Below, in pieces: positions 57,210 to 64,000 of a stretch of DNA of 64,000 bases; position 1 is the stretch's first letter; each line of letters starts with the position of its first letter. The DNA comes from Bacteroidales bacterium UBA1715 (lineage in GTDB: Bacteria > Bacteroidota > Bacteroidia > Bacteroidales > UBA1715): the NCBI GenBank assembly GCA_002317135.1, contig DCIX01000025.1, positions 64,302 to 128,301 of the forward strand, in the 5' to 3' direction. A program made the translations under genes and the position numbers. Under the pieces are notes generated by a model that searched no databases, was not told the origin of the DNA, and worked only from the letters and a program-made list of their open reading frames with translations.

Positions 57210-58170
57210 ACAACTTAGATTGCGATGTCCTCTCGAAATATTTCTGCAAGACTAACAACGATACAATATCCTCTCGCTCGGCATCTAAAAATTGTTGCAC
57301 ATATTCATTTGCATGACGAATAATGGCAAGAGCCTCGTCTTCGTGGCTAATATAATAGTTCAATCGTTCTTCTAAATCAGAAAAATCGTCAGCAATTGCA
57401 ACATAATGATAATTCGGAATGAGTGTACCTTCCATAAACCAAGTTTCAAACTTCGGTTTAGGCATCACCGCCAACGAATTCGTAAGCATTACCCATTTTA
57501 AATTTGTAGCGACGTCATTTCCCTCTAAACACAATATAAATTTATATTGCAAATGAGCTTCGCGTGACATTTTTTCACATATCCAAGCAGGATTATATAC
57601 TGGTTTCGTATTTACCTGCCCTAAATCACAAAGAGGTGTTCCAAACCATTTCTTGTAAAAATCTATTCTATTTTGCTGATACAGCAACCCACGACCAATC
57701 AATTTGTTCTGTTTAGCAGAAAAAGGCGTTTGATCTGCAATAAAATTAAAATGGCGAAACTTATTTAACTTTAAAAGCACCGAATTCTCGTTTGAATCAC
57801 CTATAGGACGACTTTTTACAATTGTAGGACATTCTGGAATCCAAGTTATATCACCAAAAGAAAAGCAGAAACGAAGCTGTTTCGAAAAATATTTCACATA
57901 CTCGTATGTATCAAAGAAATAGGCAAAATGATATTGTTTGCCGAACTTGAAATTGCCAACAGATAAGGCATTTCCCGGCAACGCCTTCGTTTCCTGTAAC
58001 TTACAATAATAGTCTACGCGTTGCTTTATGTACGATTGTTGTTCAGGATGTTTTTGAAAATAGTGTGCAATCTTTTTCTTCCGTCTTTTCTCAAAAAGAA
58101 TACGAGGAATCAAGTACAAAACCAGATTCTTAGCCTGATACGGAAATTTTGCATTCTTACGAACTTTCAT
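57208..58170 (-). CDS. Glycosyltransferase family 90 (CAP10/LpsA-like)
   Basis: FILCLEGNDVATNLKWVMLTNSLAVMP block typical of the CAP10 domain. Confidence 0.65.
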   Translation of the reverse strand: MKVRKNAKFPYQAKNLVLYLIPRILFEKRRKKKIAHYFQKHPEQQSYIKQRVDYYCKLQETKALPGNALSVGNFKFGKQYHFAYFFDTYEYVKYFSKQLRFCFSFGDITWIPECPTIVKSRPIGDSNENSVLLKLNKFRHFNFIADQTPFSAKQNKLIGRGLLYQQNRIDFYKKWFGTPLCDLGQVNTKPVYNPAWICEKMSREAHLQYKFILCLEGNDVATNLKWVMLTNSLAVMPKPKFETWFMEGTLIPNYHYVAIADDFSDLEERLNYYISHEDEALAIIRHANEYVQQFLDAEREDIVSLLVLQKYFERTSQSKL

Positions 58171-58173
58171 AAA

Positions 58174-58869
58174 CTACTCCTTCTTCTCCCTATTTTCTAC
58201 AGAAAAACCTGGAAAATGCTTCAAAAATGATTTAGGAATTGGCACATCAAACACCATTGGTTGACGAGTAATCGGATGCACAAATGCCAATCTATTGTTA
58301 TGTAACATCAAACGATTTTCCGGATCTGTTTTAGCACCATATTTTCTATCGCCTGCAATGCACCAACCATGTTCAGACAATTGCACACGAATTTGATTCT
58401 TACGACCAGTAAGTATCTGAACATCAAGCAGTGCCATATTTCTATACTCAGCCATAACTTTATAACGAGTTATCGCCAATTTTCCCGTTTCTTTATTTCG
58501 AGTTGAATACACATAGGTTGCAGAATTTTCAGCAAGATACGAACGAATCTCCGCTTTTTTAGGATTCGGAACAACCTCTGTAACAGCAACATACCGTCTA
58601 TCTAACACATAATCGTTCCAAGCATTACGAAATGTCTGTTGAATTTCTTCGGTCTTGGCAAACAACAAAATTCCCGATGTGTATTGGTCAAGTCTATGAC
58701 AAACATAGGCTTCGTTCTTTATATACTTGTGTTTCAGATAATCACGTACCAACTGCCATGCATTCACATCCTTCGAAGTTTTGTTGCCAACAGACAACAA
58801 TCCAGATGGTTTCTCTATAACAATCAACCATTTGTCTTCGTATAGAATATTGAGTTTGCGTGAGTTCAT
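58174..58869 (-). CDS. RluA-family pseudouridine synthase
   Basis: Catalytic motif HRLDQYTSGILLFAK. Confidence 0.85.
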   Translation of the reverse strand: MNSRKLNILYEDKWLIVIEKPSGLLSVGNKTSKDVNAWQLVRDYLKHKYIKNEAYVCHRLDQYTSGILLFAKTEEIQQTFRNAWNDYVLDRRYVAVTEVVPNPKKAEIRSYLAENSATYVYSTRNKETGKLAITRYKVMAEYRNMALLDVQILTGRKNQIRVQLSEHGWCIAGDRKYGAKTDPENRLMLHNNRLAFVHPITRQPMVFDVPIPKSFLKHFPGFSVENREKKE

Positions 58870-58871
58870 AG

Positions 58872-60137
58872 CTAATTCTCTAAAACATTTCTATAAAATG
58901 CACGAACATCATTCCATTTGTAATAAGGAGCAATATCACTTGAAATAGGTAAATCAACTTCGCGTTCGTTTAACAAAACCTTCACTAAAATTTCATCCGA
59001 CTTCGATGATTTATAAAATATTATTTGAAGATTACCAGCCATTGGAATAATCGCATAGTCTCTCCATACATCAGACAATTTTTCCAAATCTGTAACTTGT
59101 GCATTACAGCCTTCCAACTGCATCAAACCACACAAAGGCAACAAACCTGTATCGTGACCAAAACGTAAATTGGCACATACACCACTTTTGTCAGACAAAG
59201 CCATATCTGCCTCATCCAAAATATGTTTCAAAATTGTCTTTCCATATAAAACACCTTGAGAACGCGTCATCGGGCAAGTTCCATACGAACCGTACCACCA
59301 CGCATTTTGTACAAGCCAATTACCGTACAATTCATCTTCGGTAAACACATCGTTCAAGTTAAATCCCAAAGTATCCATTCCTTGTATGCTCGCTTGAACA
59401 TCATAAAATTTTCGCATAAATTGAGTTGCATCAATATTATTTGCTACAAATGCTGAATCAGAAAAAAGTCTCTTCATTAGTTGCTGTGGCTTAATGTATT
59501 TCTCATTCAAAGCGCCAAACGGTTTTTGCCATTCTTCTTTTGATTGGAAATCAGAAATCTCTCCCCAAGCATCAGTAACAATAAACGGCATTGTTTTCTT
59601 GCTACATTCTGTTAGAAATTCCAAATCAGTGTATAACGAAGACAATTGCGTACAAAAAGCAGACATACTCACAATACAGCGTGGTGTCGTCGAAGACAAT
59701 ACTGCAACAGAAGAACGGTTCTTTTGGCTAAACACTTCTGGAAAATGTAATGCCATTCGTTCAGCAATGCCTTTGTGCTGTGTTTGACCCAACAACGTCA
59801 AATCGCCAGCACGTAATGTTGCATAATCATTTAATTTATATACACGTTCTGCAACTGACTTCCCAAAATCAGTTAATACATTGGCAGATTCTGCTTTTTG
59901 GAATAATTCATAAAAGAACGTATAGTCATCTTGACTCCAATGAAATCGAGAGCCATGACGTCCATAATGACTCAAATAAAAAGGTTTATATCCCTTTGGT
60001 GCAGGCGTGTATTTTTCATTTGGAACTTCGTATGCCAAATAATTACTACACATTTGATTACGAGTTGGACGCATTGTTTGCGAAAAACAAACTATACTAA
60101 TACAAATCGTAAATACTATCGTTGTAAATTTTCTCAT
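58872..60137 (-). CDS. Secreted histidine acid phosphatase (MINPP/phytase-like)
   Basis: RHGSR motif (GRHGSRFH) and a downstream HD (FGHDTG). Start set at MRKFTTIVF, which carries a signal peptide. Confidence 0.75.
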   Translation of the reverse strand: MRKFTTIVFTICISIVCFSQTMRPTRNQMCSNYLAYEVPNEKYTPAPKGYKPFYLSHYGRHGSRFHWSQDDYTFFYELFQKAESANVLTDFGKSVAERVYKLNDYATLRAGDLTLLGQTQHKGIAERMALHFPEVFSQKNRSSVAVLSSTTPRCIVSMSAFCTQLSSLYTDLEFLTECSKKTMPFIVTDAWGEISDFQSKEEWQKPFGALNEKYIKPQQLMKRLFSDSAFVANNIDATQFMRKFYDVQASIQGMDTLGFNLNDVFTEDELYGNWLVQNAWWYGSYGTCPMTRSQGVLYGKTILKHILDEADMALSDKSGVCANLRFGHDTGLLPLCGLMQLEGCNAQVTDLEKLSDVWRDYAIIPMAGNLQIIFYKSSKSDEILVKVLLNEREVDLPISSDIAPYYKWNDVRAFYRNVLEN

Positions 60138-60210
60138 ATTCCTATTAATTACAAAAAATCCCAATAGAAAATCATTTCCATTGGGATTCCTATACAATTA
60201 ATTTTTACAA

Positions 60211-60771
60211 TTAAATCTTCATAATATCTGCTTCTTTTGCAGCAGCCTTTTCGTCAACTTTTACAATCGCAGCATCAATAATTTTCTGAATTTGTGCTTC
60301 GCCATCCTTTGCCATATCTTCAGCAAGACCATCTTTCTGCAATTTCTTTAGCATTTCATTCGCATCGCGACGAATATTACGAATCACAACCTTTGTATTT
60401 TCCGCTTCGGAACGAACTTGCTTACAAAGTTCCTTACGGCGTTCTTCTGTCAATACTGGAATAGAAATACGAATTAACTGACCATCGTTGATTGGAGTCA
60501 AGCCAAGATTTGCAACCATAATTGCTTTTTCAATTGGGTCAATCATTTTCTTTTCCCAAGGTTGAACAACCAATGTACGAGCATCGGCAGAGTTCACATT
60601 TGCTACCTGATTTAATGGAGTCATTGTCCCGTAATAATCTACGCGAACAGATTCCAACATAACAGGAGACGCTTTACCAGCACGCAATTTTGAAAGTTCA
60701 GAATCTAAACGCTGCAATGGAGCGTTCATTCTATCTTTTGTATCTTCAATAACTAATTCTAGTTCTTCCAT
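60211..60771 (-). CDS. frr: Ribosome recycling factor
   Basis: Conserved throughout (LRAGKASPVMLESVRVDYYG ... NIRRDAN). Confidence 0.95.
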   Translation of the reverse strand: MEELELVIEDTKDRMNAPLQRLDSELSKLRAGKASPVMLESVRVDYYGTMTPLNQVANVNSADARTLVVQPWEKKMIDPIEKAIMVANLGLTPINDGQLIRISIPVLTEERRKELCKQVRSEAENTKVVIRNIRRDANEMLKKLQKDGLAEDMAKDGEAQIQKIIDAAIVKVDEKAAAKEADIMKI

Positions 60772-60772
60772 A

Positions 60773-61471
60773 TTATTTACCTAATTTGAATTGAACTGGT
60801 AAGTTAAAATATACAGGAACTTTTTCACCAGCTTGCTCTCCTGGTTCAAATGCTGGCAATTTTGCAACAACATCCAAAGCAGCCTTGTCAAGCAATGGGT
60901 TTACTGATTTCAAAATTTCTGGATGAACTGCCTTACCTTGTTTGTTTACAACGAATTTCACAACCACAGTACCTTCAGCACCCATATCTGCAGCTTCTTG
61001 TGGGTATTCCAATTTTTCACCAATGAATTTAATCAAAGCACCCATACCACCAGGAAAACTAGGCATCTTTTCAACACGAACGTGAGGAGTTCCTTCGTTT
61101 ACTTCTTCATCATCGTTGCCAAAATCTGGTTGGTCTTGAATATTTGCATTTTGATCATCATTGTTTGCTTGCATTTGATCAGATTGGTCTTCATTCGCAT
61201 CTTCTGTTTCCACAACTTGATCAGAAGCAGGAGGTTCTGGTAATTCTGGTTTTGGTTGCTCAACTTCTGGCTGTTCTGGTTCACGAGTAACTTCCACCAT
61301 TTCCATATCATCTTCTGAACCAATAGTTTCGCGTTGTACAGAATTACTAGATTCGCTTACACCAACCTCAAACGCAACCAATACAATAAGAAGCACTACA
61401 ACAAATCCTATTTCTCTGAATAACAATCTTTTGTCTTCAAGATTTGCTTTTTCACTTTTCTTTATTTCCAT
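60773..61471 (-). CDS. Energy transducer TonB family protein
   Basis: N-terminal TM anchor, acidic/Pro-rich linker, and C-terminal TonB_C (PSFPGG ... GTVVVKFVVNKQG). Confidence 0.8.
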   Translation of the reverse strand: MEIKKSEKANLEDKRLLFREIGFVVVLLIVLVAFEVGVSESSNSVQRETIGSEDDMEMVEVTREPEQPEVEQPKPELPEPPASDQVVETEDANEDQSDQMQANNDDQNANIQDQPDFGNDDEEVNEGTPHVRVEKMPSFPGGMGALIKFIGEKLEYPQEAADMGAEGTVVVKFVVNKQGKAVHPEILKSVNPLLDKAALDVVAKLPAFEPGEQAGEKVPVYFNLPVQFKLGK

Positions 61472-61573
61472 AATACAATGTATAATTCCTCAAAATTTTT
61501 GCTAAAATAGTAAATTACTTTGAATAAATAAGTCACCGTACCGATTTTTTCGACAACAAATAAAAATTACAAC

Positions 61574-62941
61574 TTACTCGGCATCAGTTTTTTTGAAAAT
61601 TTCCCGGAAAGTCTTATCAATTCTTGAGCAAGAAATTACCTGACACTGCGAAACACTCTTTATTTCACAAGGCGGAACAAACATTTTTTGAATGCCTAAT
61701 TTTGCCGATTCCTTCACACGTTTTTCTACTTGTGATACAGAACGAACCTCACCTGTAAGACCAACTTCACCGGCAAAACAGAAGGTGTTTGGAATATAAA
61801 AATCAAACAAAGATGACAATATTGCTGCAACTACTGCAAAATCTATAGAAGTATCCTGAACTCGTATACCACCAGCAACATTTATAAACACATCTTTCGT
61901 ATAAATTTTAACGCCTAATCGTTTTTCTATCACTGCAAGAAGCATATTCAAACGCTTGCTATCGTAACCATTCACCGTTCTTTGCGGAGTTCCGTATGCC
62001 GCTGTACTTACCAAAGCCTGCACTTCAATCATCATCGGACGTACACCTTCCATTACCGATGCCACGGCCACGCCACTCAATTTTTCAGGATTTCCACTCA
62101 GCATAATTTCCGACGGATTCGAAACTTCTTTCAATCCCGATTGAATCATCTCAAAAATACCAATTTCCGCAGTTGAACCAAAGCGGTTTTTATTGCTACG
62201 CAGGATTCTATACACATTATGCATATCACCCTCAAACTGCAACACGACATCCACCATGTGTTCCAAAATCTTTGGTCCGGCAATGCTTCCTTCCTTATTG
62301 ATATGACCAATCAATATCATTGGAATATGTGTTGATTTTGCCAACTCTATCAACAAGTTCGAAGTTTCCCGTATTTGCGAAACACTTCCTGGAGTCGCAT
62401 CAATATCGGGATGTTTCAATGTTTGAACGGAATCAATTATCACTAATTCGGGCTGAAATTGCTTTATTTCCTGAATGATTGCGGCTACATTTGTCTCGCT
62501 ATAAATGTAACAACTCTCCGACCGTGTATTCAATCGTTGGGCACGGAGGAATATCTGTTGTGGACTCTCCTCACCCGAAACATATAAAACCTTTTTATTC
62601 AAAGAAACGGCAACTTGCAACAACAATGTTGACTTTCCTATACCTGGTTCACCACCCAATAATATAACTGAACCAGGAACGATTCCGCCACCAACAACTT
62701 GGTCAAGTTCTTGAATTCCAGTTTGAATACGGTCTAACTTTTCTGTTTTTATCTGACCTAACACCACAGGTTTTGTTGCAGAAACCACAGACGCGCTCGA
62801 CGAAGATTTCCCAACATTGGACTGAATCACCTCTTCTTGAAACGAGTTCCACGAACCACACGAGGTACATTTACCCATCCACTTCGGGGACTGGGCACCA
62901 CAATTTTGGCAAACAAATACAACCTTTGATTTTATAGCCAC
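61574..62941 (-). CDS. radA: DNA repair protein RadA/Sms
   Basis: The zinc finger CQNCGAQSPKWMGKCTSCGSW, a Walker A GEPGIGKST, and a Lon-like C-terminal domain. Confidence 0.95.
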   Translation of the reverse strand: MAIKSKVVFVCQNCGAQSPKWMGKCTSCGSWNSFQEEVIQSNVGKSSSSASVVSATKPVVLGQIKTEKLDRIQTGIQELDQVVGGGIVPGSVILLGGEPGIGKSTLLLQVAVSLNKKVLYVSGEESPQQIFLRAQRLNTRSESCYIYSETNVAAIIQEIKQFQPELVIIDSVQTLKHPDIDATPGSVSQIRETSNLLIELAKSTHIPMILIGHINKEGSIAGPKILEHMVDVVLQFEGDMHNVYRILRSNKNRFGSTAEIGIFEMIQSGLKEVSNPSEIMLSGNPEKLSGVAVASVMEGVRPMMIEVQALVSTAAYGTPQRTVNGYDSKRLNMLLAVIEKRLGVKIYTKDVFINVAGGIRVQDTSIDFAVVAAILSSLFDFYIPNTFCFAGEVGLTGEVRSVSQVEKRVKESAKLGIQKMFVPPCEIKSVSQCQVISCSRIDKTFREIFKKTDAE

Positions 62942-62944
62942 GAC

Positions 62945-63331
62945 TTATTTTGTAAATTCACGACGTAAATATGCACCTTGCGTATTGCCATCAAGCAATT
63001 CCACGCGGTTCAATTTCAATTTACGACTATTAAGTTTTTCTATGCGCCAAACACCATTCATCGCACATCCCTTGATTCTAACATAAGGTGTAACTACAGA
63101 ACGTGTAAATACTTTATATTCTCCAAATGCAGTAGAATCTTTTTGACTAACATACTGATCATTCTGAATCTCCAATCTGCCACCAGAATAGAAAATCCAT
63201 TTAGCATCTTTGGACCACCCACATTCGCCAACACTCTCTACATTCCACTCACCAATTAGGCGAGCTTCTTTTCCTTTGGAACATCCCAAAAATGTCAAAG
63301 TAACAAGAATAATAAAAATAAATTTTTTCAT
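62945..63331 (-). CDS. Small lipoprotein (lipocalin-like?), paralogue of 63419-63820
   Basis: Lipobox FLGCS. Shares RLxGEWxV, GxCGW, WxFYSxGxL, WRIxK and GAxLRREFxK with its neighbour. Confidence 0.6.
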   Translation of the reverse strand: MKKFIFIILVTLTFLGCSKGKEARLIGEWNVESVGECGWSKDAKWIFYSGGRLEIQNDQYVSQKDSTAFGEYKVFTRSVVTPYVRIKGCAMNGVWRIEKLNSRKLKLNRVELLDGNTQGAYLRREFTK

Positions 63332-63349
63332 AAGCCTATATGTATTTTA

Positions 63350-63357
63350 CAAATATA
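63350..63357 (-). promoter_or_regulatory. -7 promoter box (TATATTTG on minus strand)
   Basis: Plus-strand caaatata, 19 nt upstream of ATG 63331. Confidence 0.4.
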
Positions 63358-63418
63358 GGAAACGCTCTATGTTTTACAAAGAGAAAATAAGAAATTCTAA
63401 CTGAAAAGGGATATTTGG

Positions 63419-63820
63419 TTAGTCTTTAATAAATTCACGGCGAAGAAATGCACCGTCTTTTGAACCATCAAGAAATGATTCACGAGTTATAAGAAGGACT
63501 CCACGTTTGTGTTTGTCGATTCGCCAATCACCTTGAAACCAACCATAATCAGATTTTATTCGTATGTAATTGTGCCATTTGTTATGGAATGTTTCCCACG
63601 AAGCAGTTATTGATGAATCTGCTTTTGCATTTACATCATTCGTTAATACTAAATCTCCATCGGAATAGAATGTCCATGTTGTGCGATCTGGCCAACCACA
63701 GTCACCAACAGTAATAACAACCCATTCGCCAACTAAACGAGACTCTTCAAATTTTGCACAGCCAACTAAGCCAACTGCACACAACAAAACAAGTACAAGT
63801 GTATTAATCTGCTTTTTCAT
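63419..63820 (-). CDS. Small lipoprotein, paralogue of 62945-63331
   Basis: Lipobox LVGCA. Shared motifs as listed for the neighbour. Confidence 0.6.
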   Translation of the reverse strand: MKKQINTLVLVLLCAVGLVGCAKFEESRLVGEWVVITVGDCGWPDRTTWTFYSDGDLVLTNDVNAKADSSITASWETFHNKWHNYIRIKSDYGWFQGDWRIDKHKRGVLLITRESFLDGSKDGAFLRREFIKD

Positions 63821-64000
63821 TTTTTTGATGTGGTATATTCGTATGTAATTTTTGCGTAACGCATTGCTCTTTCATCTGGTTGGAAAGTTGTTTTCTTGGC
63901 AGCTTCTTTTGCGGCATTAATACAAGCTTGCTCTGTCAATGCAGTCTCAACCGATTGAATCGAGGTAACAACTCCTGCTGAATTTACTACGACAGTCAGC
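63817..64000 (-). CDS. C-terminal end of a TonB_C-like domain protein (5' part outside window)
   Basis: Manual translation gives LTVVVNSAGVVTSIQSVETALTEQACINAAKEAAKKTTFQPDERAMRYAKITYEYTTSKK*. The stop overlaps the next ATG (ATGA). Confidence 0.4.
   Translation of the reverse strand, partial: LTVVVNSAGVVTSIQSVETALTEQACINAAKEAAKKTTFQPDERAMRYAKITYEYTTSKK

Overview
AT-rich chromosomal segment from a Bacteroidota, probably Bacteroidales. Taxon evidence: TAnnTTTG -7 promoter boxes, a FeoA-FeoB fusion, atpDC separated from the other atp genes, T9SS type A and type B C-terminal sorting domains, a PorP/SprF gene and REP-like hairpins. GC content was judged by eye and not computed. I can support about 63 protein-coding genes. 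I recognised no rRNA, tRNA, CRISPR array, integrase or transposase. About 12-64 kb is mostly ordinary core: MATE efflux, YjbQ, Cof hydrolase, atpDC, feoAB, TPR-PP2C phosphatase, ugd, pssA, polA, panCD, glmS, GT9/GT90 envelope genes, a TonB-dependent receptor, frr, TonB and radA. This stretch is interrupted by a T9SS cargo cluster at 31.5-42 kb: a SprB-like type-B-CTD adhesin, PorP/SprF, a BNR lipoprotein and a giant CotH-family protein with lamin-tail domains. The most unusual part is 1.3-11.8 kb. There an XRE regulator with two identical 16-bp palindromic operators faces a long minus-strand array of tightly packed, mostly uncharacterised genes. The upper operon holds an OmpA_C-anchored membrane protein, a TerB-like protein, three very basic small proteins and a 104-aa internally duplicated protein. 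The lower five-gene module holds a 270-aa OGG-fold-like protein, an 80-aa Lys-rich protein, a 2.7-blade mini-propeller, a voltage-sensor channel with a non-canonical pore and a 300-aa cytosolic domain, and a gamma-glutamylcyclotransferase/GATase1 fusion. Next to this array are a DUF4143 AAA ATPase preceded by four phased direct repeats and an HTH-like protein plus a membrane Ser/Thr kinase pair. I rank the lower five-gene module, possibly together with the XRE-controlled upper operon, as the best candidate for an undescribed system. This rests on domain recognition and gene packing only; no search was run.
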